Below are positions 11,150-22,900 of a stretch of 64,000 nucleotides of DNA, one piece after another. The position numbers were made by a program, and so were the translations under genes. The stretch spans positions 143,220,001 through 143,284,000 of the forward strand of contig OZ024743.1 of the NCBI GenBank assembly GCA_964016885.1, read 5' to 3'. The notes beneath the pieces are model-generated. The model had not been told where the DNA came from, searched no databases, and saw only the letters and a list, made by a program, of their open reading frames with translations. Positions within the stretch are counted from its first letter, which is position 1; each line of letters begins with the position of its first letter. Source of the DNA: Eledone cirrhosa (taxonomy: Eukaryota).

Positions 11150-14100
11150 CTTGGTGTTTGGTGCTTGGTGTTTGGTGCTTGGTACTTGGTGCTTGGTGTT
11201 AGGTGTTTGGTGCTTGGTGCTTGGTGTTTGGTTTTTGGTGCTTGGTGTTTGGTGTTTGGTGCTGGCTGCTTGGTGTTTGGTGCTTGGTGATTGGTGCTTG
11301 GTGTTTGGTGCTTGGTGTTTGGTGTTTGGTGCTAGGTGCTTGGTGCTTGGTGTTTGGTGTTTGGTGCTTGGTGCTTGGTGTTTGGTGCTTGGTGCTTGGT
11401 GCTTGGTGTTTGGTGCTTGGTGCTTGGTGCTTGGTGTTTGGTGGTTGGTGTTTGGTGCTTCGTGTTAGGTGTTTGGTGCTTGGTGCTTGGTGTTTGGTGT
11501 TTGGTGCTTGGTGTTTGGTGTTTGGTGCTTGGTGTTTGGTGCTTGGTACTTGGTGCTTGGTGCTTGGTGTTAGGTGTTTGGTGCTTTTTGCTTGGTGCTT
11601 GGTGCTTGGTGTTTGGTGCTAGGTGCTTGGTGCTTGGTGTTTGGTGCTTGGTGCTGGGTGCTTGGTGCTTGGTGTTTGGTGTTTGGTGCTTGGTGCTTGG
11701 TGTTATATGCTTGGTGTTTGATGCTTGGTGCTTGGTGCTTGGTGTTTGGTGTTTGGTGCTTGGTGTTTGATCCTTGGTGCTTGGTGTTTGGTGTTTGGTG
11801 CTTGGTGCTTGGTGTTTGGTGTTTGGTGCTTGCTGCTTGCTGCTTGGTGTTTGGTGTTTTGGTGTTTTGTGCTAGGTGCTTGGTGCTTGGTACTTGGTGA
11901 TTGGTGCTTGGTGCTTCGTGTTTTGTGTTTGGTGTTATATGCTTGGTGTTTGATGCTTGGTGCTTGGTGCTTTTTGTTTGGTGCTTGGTGTTTGATGCTT
12001 GGTGCTTGGTGCTTGGTGTTTGGTGCTTGGTGCTTGGTGTTTGTACTTGGTGCTTGGTGCTTGGTTCTTGGTGTTTGGTGCTTGGTGCTTGGTGTTTGGT
12101 GCTAGGTGCTGTGTGTTTGGTGCTTGGTGTTTGGTGCTTGGTGTTTGGTGCTTGGTGCTTAGTGCTTGGTGCTTGGTGTTTGGTGCTTGGTGTTTGGTGC
12201 TTGGTGTTAGGTGTTTGGTGCTTGGTGCTTGGTGTTTGGTGTTTGGTGCTTGGTGTTTGGTGCTTGGTGTTTGGTGTTAGGTGTTTGGTGCTTGGTGTTT
12301 GGTGTTTGGTGCTTGGTGTTTGGTGCTTGGTGCTTGGTATTTGGTGCTTGGTGTTTGGTGCTTGGTACTTGGTGCTTGGTGCTTGGTGTTAGGTGTTTGG
12401 TGCTTGGTGTTTGGTTTTTGGTGCTTGGTGTTTGGTGTTTGGTGCTGGCTGCTTGGTGTTTGATGCTTGGTGATTGGTGCTTGGTGTTTGGTGCTTGGTG
12501 TTTGGTGTTTGGTGCTAGGTGCTTGGTGCTTGGTGTTTGGTGCTTGGTGCTTGGTGCTTGGTGTTTGGTGTTTGGTGCTTGGTGCTTGGTGTTTGGTGCT
12601 TGGTGCTTGGTGCTTGGTGTTTGGTGGTTGGTGGTTGGTGCTTGGTGTTAGGTGTTTGGTGTTTGGTGCTTGGTGTTTGGTGTTTGGTGCTTGGTGTTTG
12701 GTGCTTGGTACTTGGTGCTTGGTGCTTGGTGTTAGGTGTTTGGTGCTTGGTGCTTGGTGCTTGGTGTTTGGTGCTTGGTGTTTGGTTTCTTGGTGCTTGC
12801 TGCTTGGTGCTTGGTGCTTGGTGTTTGGTGGTTGGTGCTTGGTGCTTGGTGTTAGGTGTTTGGTGCTTGGTGCTTGGTGTTTGGTGTTTGGTGCTTGGTG
12901 TTTGTACTTGGTGCTTGGTGTTTGGTGCTTTTTGCTTGGTGCTTGGTGCTTGGTGTTTGGTGCTTGGTGCTTGATGTTTGGTGCTGGGTGCTTGGTGCTT
13001 GGTGTTTGGTGTTTGGTGCTTGGTGCTTGGTGTTATATGCTTGGTGTTTGATGCTTGGTGCTTGGTGCTTGGTGTTTGGTGTTTGGTGCTTGGTGTTTGA
13101 TCCTTGGTGCTTGGTGTTTGGTGTTTGGTGCTTGGTGCTTGGTGTTTGGTGTTTGGTGCTTGCTGCTTGCTGCTTGGTGTTTGGTGTTTTGGTGTTTTGT
13201 GCTAGGTGCTTGGTGTTTGGTACTTGGTGATTGGTGCTTGGTGCTTCGTGTTTTGTGTTTGGTCTTTGGTCTTTGGTGCTTGGTGTTTGGTGCTTGGTGC
13301 TTGGTGCTTGGTGTTTGGTGCTTGGTGCTTGGTGTTTGGTGTTTGTTGTTTGGTGCTTGGTGTCTGGTGCTTGGTGTTTGGTGCTTGGTGTTTGGTGTTC
13401 GGTGTTTGGTGCTTTTTGCTTGGTGCTTGGTGCTTAGTGTTTGGTGCTTGGTGCTTGGTGTTTGGTGCTGGGTGCTTGGTGCTTGGTGTTTGGTGCTTGG
13501 TACTTGGTGATTGGTGTTTGGTGTTATATGCTTGGTGTTTGATGCTTGGTGCTTGGTGCTTGGTGTTTGGTCTTTGGTGTTTGATGCTTGGTGCTTGGTG
13601 CTTGGTGTTTGGTGCTTGGTGCTTGGTGTTTGTACTTGGTGCTTGGTGCTTGGTGCTTGTACTTGATGCTTGGTGCTTGGTGCTTGGTGTTTGGAGCTTG
13701 GTGTTTGGTGCTTGGTGCTTGGTGCTTGGTGTTTGGTGCTTGGTGTTTGGTGCTTGGTGTTTGGTGCTTGGTGCTTGGTGCTTGGTGCTTGGTGTTTGGT
13801 GCTTGGTGCTTGGTGCTTGGTGTTTGGTATTTGGTGCTTGGTGTTTGGTGTTTGGTGCTTGGTGTTTGGTGCTTGGTACTTGGTGCTTGGTGCTTGGTGT
13901 TAGGTGTTTGGTGCTTGGTGTTTGGTGCTTGGTGTTTGGTGCTTGGTGTTTGGTGCTTGGTGTTTGGTGCTTGGTGCTTGGTGCTTGGTGCTTGGTGTTT
14001 GGTGCTTGGTGTTTGGTGCTTGGTGTTAGGTGTTTGGTGCTTGGTGCTTGGTGTTTGGTTTTTGGTGCTTGGTGTTTGGTGTTTGGTGCTTGGTGTTTGG

Positions 14101-17100
14101 TGCTTGGTGCTTGGTGTTTGGTGCTTGGTGTTTGGTGCTTGGTACTTGGTGCTTGGTGTTAGGTGTTTGGTGCTTGGTGCTTGGTGTTTGGTTTTTGGTG
14201 CTTGGTGTTTGGTGTTTGGTGCTGGCTGCTTGGTGTTTCGTGCTTGGTGATTGGTGCTTGGTGTTTGGTGCTTGGTGTTTGGTGTTTGGTGCTAGGTGCT
14301 TGGTGCTTGGTGTTTGGTGCTTGGTGCTTGGTGCTTGGTGTTTGGTGTTTGGTGCTTGGTGCTTGGTGTTTGGTGCTTGGTGCTTGGTGCTTGGTGTTTG
14401 GTGGTTGGTGTTTGGTGCTTCGTGTTAGGTGTTTGGTGCTTGGTGCTTGGTGTTTGGTGTTTGGTGCTTGGTGTTTGGTGTTTGGTGCTTGGTGTTTGGT
14501 GCTTGGTACTTGGTGCTTGGTGCTTGGTGTTAGGTGTTTGGTGCTTTTTGCTTGGTGCTTGGTGCTTGGTGTTTGGTGCTTGGTGCTTGATGTTTGGTGC
14601 TGGGTGCTTGGTGCTTGGTGTTTGGTGTTTGGTGCTTGGTGCTTGGTGTTATATGCTTGGTGTTTGATGCTTGGTGCTTGGTGCTTGGTGTTTGGTGTTT
14701 GGTGCTTGGTGTTTGATCCTTGGTGCTTGGTGTTTGGTGTTTGGTGCTTGGTGCTTGGTGTTTGGTGTTTGGTGCTTGCTGCTTGCTGCTTGGTGTTTGG
14801 TGTTTTGGTGTTTTGTGCTAGGTGCTTGGTGCTTGGTACTTGGTGATTGGTGCTTGGTGCTTCGTGTTTTGTGTTTGGTGTTATATGCTTGGTGTTTGAT
14901 GCTTGGTGCTTGGTGCTTGGTGTTTGGTGCTTGGTGTTTGATGCTTGGTGCTTGGTGCTTGGTGTTTGGTGCTTGGTGCTTGGTGTTTGTACTTGGTGCT
15001 TGGTGCTTGGTTCTTGGTGTTTGGTGCTTGGTGCTTGGTGTTTGGTGCTAGGTGCTTGGTGTTTGGTGCTTGGTGTTTGGTGCTTGGTGTTTGGTGCTTG
15101 GTGCTTAGTGCTTGGTGCTTGGTGTTTGGTGCTTGGTGTTTGGTGCTTGGTGTTTGGTGTTAGGTGTTTGGTGCTTGGTGTTTGGTGTTTGGTGCTTGGT
15201 GTTTGGTGCTTGGTGCTTGGTGTTTGGTGCTTGGTGTTTGGTGCTTGGTACTTGGTGCTTGGTGCTTGGTGTTAGGTGTTTGGTGCTTGGTGTTTGGTTT
15301 TTGGTGCTTGGTGTTTGGTGTTTGGTGCTGGCTGCTTGGTGTTTGATGCTTGGTGATTGGTGCTTGGTGTTTGGTGCTTGGTGTTTGGTGTTTGGTGCTA
15401 GGTGCTTGGTGCTTGGTGTTTGGTGCTTGGTGCTTGGTGCTTGGTGTTTGGTGTTTGGTGCTTGGTGCTTGGTATTTGGTGCTTGGTGCTTGGTGCTTGG
15501 TGTTTGGTGGTTGGTGGTTGGTGCTTGGTGTTAGGTGTTTGGTGTTTGGTGCTTGGTGTTTGGTGCTTGGTACTTGGTGCTTGGTGCTTGGTGTTAGGTG
15601 TTTGGTGCTTGGTGCTTGGTGCTTGGTGTTTGGTGCTTGGTGTTTGGTTTCTTGGTGCTTGCTGCTTGGTGCTTGGTGCTTGGTGTTTGGTGGTTGGTGC
15701 TTGATGCTTGGTGTTAGGTGTTTGGTGCTTGGTGCTTGTTGTTTGGTGTTTGGTGCTTGGTGTTTGTACTTGGTGCTTGGTGTTTGGTGCTTTTTGCTTG
15801 GTGCTTGGTGCTTGGTGTTTGGTGCTTGGTGCTTGATGTTTGGTGCTGGGTGCTTGGTGCTTGGTGTTTGGTGTTTGGTGCTTGGTGTTATATGCTTGGT
15901 GTTTGATGCTTGGTGCTTGGTGCTTGGTGTTTGGTGTTTGGTGCTTGGTGTTTGATCCTTGGTGCTTGGTGTTTGGTGTTTGGTGCTTGGTGCTTGGTGT
16001 TTGGTGTTTGGTGCTTGCTGCTTGCTGCTTGGTGTTTGGTGTTTTGGTGTTTTGTGCTAGGTGCTTGGTGTTTGGTACTTGGTGATTGGTGCTTGGTGCT
16101 TCGTGTTTTGTGTTTGGTGTTTGGTCTTTGGTGCTTGGTGTTTGGTGCTTGGTGCTTGGTGCTTGGTGTTTGGTGCTTGGTGCTTGGTGTTTGGTGTTTG
16201 TTGTTTGGTGCTTGGTGTCTGGTGCTTGGTGTTTGGTGCTTGGTGTTTGGTGTTCGGTGTTTGGTGCTTTTTGCTTGGTGCTTGGTGCTTAGTGTTTGGT
16301 GCTTGGTGCTTGGTGTTTGGTGCTGGGTGCTTGGTGCTTGGTGTTTGGTGCTTGGTACTTGGTGATTGGTGTTTGGTGTTATATGCTTGGTGTTTGATGC
16401 TTGGTGCTTGGTGCTTGGTGTTTGGTCTTTGGTGTTTGATGCTTGGTGCTTGGTGCTTGGTGTTTGGTGCTTGGTGCTTGGTGTTTGTACTTGGTGCTTG
16501 GTGCTTGGTGCTTGTACTTGATGCTTGGTGCTTGGTGCTTGGTGTTTGGAGCTTGGTGTTTGGTGCTTGGTGCTTGGTGCTTGGTGTTTGGTGCTTGGTG
16601 TTTGGTGCTTGGTGTTTGGTGCTTGGTGCTTGGTGCTTGGTGCTTGGTGTTTGGTGCTTGGTGCTTGGTGCTTGGTGTTTGGTATTTGGTGCTTGGTGTT
16701 TGGTGTTTGGTGCTTGGTGTTTGGTGCTTGGTACTTGGTGCTTGGTGCTTGGTGTTAGGTGTTTGGTGCTTGGTGTTTGGTGCTTGGTGTTTGGTGCTTG
16801 GTGTTTGGTGCTTGGTGTTTGGTGCTTGGTGCTTGGTGCTTGGTGCTTGGTGTTTGGTGCTTGGTGTTTGGTGCTTGGTGTTAGGTGTTTGGTGCTTGGT
16901 GCTTGGTGTTTGGTTTTTGGTGCTTGGTGTTTGGTGTTTGGTGCTTGGTGTTTGGTGCTTGGTGCTTGGTGTTTGGTGCTTGGTGTTTGGTGCTTGGTAC
17001 TTGGTGCTTGGTGTTAGGTGTTTGGTGCTTGGTGCTTGGTGTTTGGTTTTTGGTGCTTGGTGTTTGGTGTTTGGTGCTGGCTGCTTGGTGTTTGGTGCTT

Positions 17101-19900
17101 GGTGATTGGTGCTTGGTGTTTGGTGCTTGGTGTTTGGTGTTTGGTGCTAGGTGCTTGGTGCTTGGTGTTTGGTGCTTGGTGCTTGGTGCTTGGTGTTTGG
17201 TGTTTGGTGCTTGGTGCTTGGTGTTTGGTGCTTGGTGCTTGGTGCTTGGTGTTTGGTGGTTGGTGTTTGGTGCTTCGTGTTAGGTGTTTGGTGCTTGGTG
17301 CTTGGTGTTTGGTGTTTGGTGCTTGGTGTTTGGTGTTTGGTGCTTGGTGTTTGGTGCTTGGTACTTGGTGCTTGGTGCTTGGTGTTAGGTGTTTGGTGCT
17401 TTTTGCTTGGTGCTTGGTGCTTGGTGTTTGGTGCTTGGTGCTTGATGTTTGGTGCTGGGTGCTTGGTGTTTGGTGTTTGGTGTTTGGTGCTTGGTGCTTG
17501 GTGTTATATGCTTGGTGTTTGATGCTTGGTGCTTGGTGCTTGGTGTTTGGTGTTTGGTGCTTGGTGTTTGATCCTTGGTGCTTGGTGTTTGGTGTTTGGT
17601 GCTTGGTGCTTGGTGTTTGGTGTTTGGTGCTTGCTGCTTGCTGCTTGGTGTTTGGTGTTTTGGTGTTTTGTGCTAGGTGCTTGGTGCTTGGTACTTGGTG
17701 ATTGGTGCTTGGTGCTTCGTGTTTTGTGTTTGGTGTTATATGCTTGGTGTTTGATGCTTGGTGCTTGGTGCTTGGTGTTTGGTGCTTGGTGTTTGATGCT
17801 TGGTGCTTGGTGCTTGGTGTTAGGTGCTTGGTGCTTGGTGTTTGGTGCTTAGTGCTTGGTGTTTGTACTTGGTGCTTGGTGCTTGGTTCTTGGTGTTTGG
17901 TGCTTGGTGCTTGGTGTTTGGTGCTAGGTGCTTGGTGTTTGGTGCTTGGTGTTTGGTGCTTGGTGTTTGGTGCTTGGTGCTTAGTGCTTGGTGCTTGGTG
18001 TTTGGTGCTTGGTGTTTGGTGCTTGGTGTTAGGTGTTTGGTGCTTGGTGCTTGGTGTTTGGTGTTTGGTGCTTGGTGTTTGGTGCTTGGTGTTTGGTGTT
18101 AGGTGTTTGGTGCTTGGTGTTTGGTGTTTGGTGCTTGGTGTTTGGTGCTTGGTGCTTGGTGTTTGGTGCTTGGTGTTTGGTGCTTGGTACTTGGTGCTTG
18201 GTGCTTGGTGTTAGGTGTTTGGTGCTTGGTGTTTGGTTTTTGGTGCTTGGTGTTTGGTGTTTGGTGCTGGCTGCTTGGTGTTTGATGCTTGGTGATTGGT
18301 GCTTGGTGTTTGGTGCTTGGTGTTTGGTGTTTGGTGCTAGGTGCTTGGTGCTTGGTGTTTGGTGCTTGGTGCTTGGTGCTTGGTGTTTGGTGTTTGGTGC
18401 TTGGTGCTTGGTGTTTGGTGCTTGGTGCTTGGTGCTTGGTGTTTGGTGGTTGGTGGTTGGTGCTTGGTGTTAGGTGTTTGGTGTTTGGTGCTTGGTGTTT
18501 GGTGTTTGGTGCTTGGTGTTTGGTGCTTGGTACTTGGTGCTTGGTGCTTGGTGTTAGGTGTTTGGTGCTTGGTGCTTGGTGCTTGGTGTTTGGTGCTTGG
18601 TGTTTGGTTTCTTGGTGCTTGCTGCTTGGTGCTTGGTGCTTGGTGTTTGGTGGTTGGTGCTTGGTGCTTGGCGTTAGGTGTTTGGTGCTTGGTGCTTGGT
18701 GTTTGGTGTTTGGTGCTTGGTGTTTGTACTTGGTGCTTGGTGTTTGGTGCTTTTTGCTTGGTGCTTGGTGCTTGGTGTTTGGTGCTTGGTGCTTGATGTT
18801 TGGTGCTGGGTGCTTGGTGCTTGGTGTTTGGTGTTTGGTGCTTGGTGCTTGGTGTTATATGCTTGGTGTTTGATGCTTGGTGCTTGGTGCTTGGTGTTTG
18901 GTGTTTGGTGCTTGGTGTTTGATCCTTGGTGCTTGGTGTTTGGTGTTTGGTGCTTGGTGCTTGGTGTTTGGTGTTTGGTGCTTGCTGCTTGCTGCTTGGT
19001 GTTTGGTGTTTTGGTGTTTTGTGCTAGGTGCTTGGTGTTTGGTACTTGGTGATTGGTGCTTGGTGCTTCGTGTTTTGTGTTTGGTGTTTGGTCTTTGGTG
19101 CTTGGTGTTTGGTGCTTGGTGCTTGGTGCTTGGTGTTTGGTGCTTGGTGCTTGGTGTTTGGTGTTTGTTGTTTGGTGCTTGGTGTCTGGTGCTTGGTGTT
19201 TGGTGCTTGGTGTTTGGCGTTCGGTGTTTGGTGCTTTTTGCTTGGTGCTTGGTGCTTAGTGTTTGGTGCTTGGTGCTTGGTGTTTGGTGCTGGGTGCTTG
19301 GTGCTTGGTGTTTGGTGCTTGGTACTTGGTGATTGGTGTTTGGTGTTATATGCTTGGTGTTTGATGCTTGGTGCTTGGTGCTTGGTGTTTGGTCTTTGGT
19401 GTTTGATGCTTGGTGCTTGGTGCTTGGTGTTTGGTGCTTGGTGCTTGGTGTTTGTACTTGGTGCTTGGTGCTTGGTGCTTGTACTTGATGCTTGGTGCTT
19501 GGTGCTTGGTGTTTGGAGCTTGGTGTTTGGTGCTTGGTGCTTGGTGCTTGGTGTTTGGTGCTTGGTGTTTGGTGCTTGGTGTTTGGTGCTTGGTGCTTGG
19601 TGCTTGGTGCTTGGTGTTTGGTGCTTGGTGCTTGGTGCTTGGTGTTTGGTATTTGGTGCTTGGTGTTTGGTGTTTGGTGCTTGGTGTTTGGTGCTTGGTA
19701 CTTGGTGCTTGGTGCTTGGTGTTAGGTGTTTGGTGCTTGGTGTTTGGTGCTTGGTGTTTGGTGCTTGGTGTTTGGTGCTTGGTGTTTGGTGCTTGGTGCT
19801 TGGTGCTTGGTGCTTGGTGTTTGGTGCTTGGTGTTTGGTGCTTGGTGTTAGGTGTTTGGTGCTTGGTGCTTGGTGTTTGGTGTTTGGTGCTTGGTGTTTG
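11150..19900 (+). repeat. Higher-order repeat, period 2,855-2,967 bp, three tandem copies
   Basis: GATCC landmarks at 11769/14715/17570 and 13099/15954/18921. TTTGGAGC landmark (GGAGC) at 13693/16548/19515. Near-identical ORF-track strings at 13055/15910/18877 and 13588/16443/19410. Confidence 0.9.
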
Positions 19901-22900
19901 GTGTTTGGTGCTTGGTGTTTGGTGCTTTTTGCTTGGTGCTTGGTGTTTGATGCTTGGTGCTTGGTGTTTGGTGCTTGGTGCTTGGTGCTTGGTGTTTGGT
20001 GCTTGGTGCTTGGTGTTTGGTGTTTGGTGTTATATGCTTGGTGTTTGATGCTTGGTGCTTGGTGCTTGTTGTTTGGTGTTTGGTGCTTGGTGTTTGATGC
20101 TTGGTGCTTGGTGCTTGGTGTTTGGTGCTTGGTGCTTGGTGTTTGGTGCTTGGTATTTGGTGCTTGGTGCTTGGTGCTTGGTGCTTGGTGTTTGGTGGTT
20201 GGTGCTTGGTGTTTGGTGCTTGGTGCTTGGTGTTTGGTGTTTGGTGCTTGGTGTTTGGTGCTTGGTACTTGGTGCTTGGTGCTTGGTGTTAGGTGTTTGG
20301 TGCTTGGTGCTTGGTGTCTGGTTTTTGGTGCTTGGTGCTTGGTGTTTGGTGTTTGGTGCTTGCTGCTGGCTGCTTGGTGTTTGGTGATTGGTGATTGGTG
20401 CTAGGTGTTTGGTGCTAGGTGCTTGGTGCTTGGTGCTTGGTGTTTGTACTTGGTGCTTGGTGTTTGGTGCTTGGTGCTTGGTGTTTGGTGTTTGGTGCTT
20501 GGTGTTTGGTGCTTAGTGCTTGGTGCTTGGTGTTTGGTGCTTGGTGTTTGGTGCTTGGTGTTAGGTGTTTGGTGCTTGGTGCTTGGTGTTTGGTGTTTGG
20601 TGCTTGGTGTTTGGTGTTTGGTGTTATATGCTTGGTGTTTGATGCTTGGTGCTTGGTGCTTGGTGTTTGGTGCTTGGTGTTTGATGCTTGGTGCTTGGTG
20701 CTTGGTGTTTGGTGCTTGGTGCTTGGTGTTTGTACTTGGTGCTTGGTGCTTGCTTCTTGGTGTTTGGTGCTTGGTGCTTGGTGTTTGGTGCTTGGTGCTT
20801 GGTGTTTGGTGCTTGGTGTTTGGTGCTTGGTGTTTGGTGCTTGGTACTTGGTGCTTGGTGTTTGGTGTTTGGTGCTTGGTGTTTGGTGCTTGGTGTTAGG
20901 TGTTTGGTGCTTGGTGCTTGGTGTTTGGTGTTTGGTGTTTGGTGCTTGGTGTTTGGTGCTTGGTGTTTGGTGTTAGGTGTTTGGTGCTTGGTGTTTGGTG
21001 TTTGGTGCTTGGTGTTTGGTGCTTGGTGCTTGGTGTTTGGTGCTTGGTGTTTGGTGCTTGGTAATTGGTGCTTGGTGTTAGGTGTTTGGTGCTTGGTGCT
21101 TGGTGTTTGGTTTTTGGTGCTTGGTGTTTGGTGTTTGGTGCTGGCTGCTTGGTGTTTGATGCTTGGTGATGGGTGCTTGGTGTTTGGTGCTTGGTGTTTG
21201 GTGTTTGGTGCTAGGTGCTTGGTGCTTGGTGTTTGGTGCTTGGTGCTTGGTGCTTGGTGTTTGGTGTTTGGTGCTTGGTGCTTGGTGTTTGGTGCTTGGT
21301 GCTTGGTGCTTGGTGTTTGGTGGTTGGTGTTTGGTGCTTCGTGTTAGGTGTTTGGTGCTTGGTGCTTGGTGTTTGGTGTTTGGTGCTTGGTGTTTGGTGT
21401 TTGGTGCTTGGTGTTTGGTGCTTGGTACTTGGTGCTTGGTGCTTGGTGTTAGGCGTTTGGTGCTTTTTGCTTGGTGCTTGGTGCTTGGTGTTTGGTGCTT
21501 GGTGCTTGATGTTTGGTGCTGGGTGCTTGGTGCTTGGTGTTTGGTGTTTGGTGCTTGGTGCTTGGTGTTATATGCTTGGTGTTTGATGCTTGGTGCTTGG
21601 TGCTTGGTGTTTGGTGTTTGGTGCTTGGTGTTTGATCCTTGGTGCTTGGTGTTTGGTGTTTGGTGCTTGGTGCTTGGTGTTTGGTGTTTGGTGCTTGCTG
21701 CTTGCTGCTTGGTGTTTGGTGTTTTGGTGTTTTGTGCTAGGTGCTTGGTGCTTGGTACTTGGTGATTGGTGCTTGGTGCTTCGTGTTTTGTGTTTGGTGT
21801 TATATGCTTGGTGTTTGATGCTTGGTGCTTGGTGCTTGGTGTTTGGTGCTTGGTGTTTGGTGCTTGGTACTTGGTGCTTGGTGCTTGGTGTTAGGTGTTT
21901 GGTGCTTGGTGCTTGGTGTCTGGTTTTTGGTGCTTGGTGCTTGGTGTTTGGTGTTTGGTGCTTGCTGCTGGCTGCTTGGTGTTTGGTGATTGGTGATTGG
22001 TGCTAGGTGTTTGGTGCTAGGTGCTTGGTGCTTGGTGCTTGGTGTTTGTACTTGGTGCTTGGTGTTTGGTGCTTGGTGCTTGGTGTTTGGTGTTTGGTGC
22101 TTGGTGTTTGGTGCTTAGTGCTTGGTGCTTGGTGTTTGGTGCTTGGTGTTTGGTGCTTGGTGTTAGGTGTTTGGTGCTTGGTGCTTGGTGTTTGGTGTTT
22201 GGTGCTTGGTGTTTGGTGTTTGGTGTTATATGCTTGGTGTTTGATGCTTGGTGCTTGGTGCTTGGTGTTTGGTGCTTGGTGTTTGATGCTTGGTGCTTGG
22301 TGCTTGGTGTTTGGTGCTTGGTGCTTGGTGTTTGTACTTGGTGCTTGGTGCTTGCTTCTTGGTGTTTGGTGCTTGGTGCTTGGTGTTTGGTGCTTGGTGC
22401 TTGGTGTTTGGTGCTTGGTGTTTGGTGCTTGGTGTTTGGTGCTTGGTACTTGGTGCTTGGTGTTTGGTGTTTGGTGCTTGGTGTTTGGTGCTTGGTGTTA
22501 GGTGTTTGGTGCTTGGTGCTTGGTGTTTGGTGTTTGGTGTTTGGTGCTTGGTGTTTGGTGCTTGGTGTTTGGTGTTAGGTGTTTGGTGCTTGGTGTTTGG
22601 TGTTTGGTGCTTGGTGTTTGGTGCTTGGTGCTTGGTGTTTGGTGCTTGGTGTTTGGTGCTTGGTAATTGGTGCTTGGTGTTAGGTGTTTGGTGCTTGGTG
22701 CTTGGTGTTTGGTTTTTGGTGCTTGGTGTTTGGTGTTTGGTGCTGGCTGCTTGGTGTTTGATGCTTGGTGATGGGTGCTTGGTGTTTGGTGCTTGGTGTT
22801 TGGTGTTTGGTGCTAGGTGCTTGGTGCTTGGTGTTTGGTGCTTGGTGCTTGGTGCTTGGTGTTTGGTGTTTGGTGCTTGGTGCTTGGTGTTTGGTGCTTG

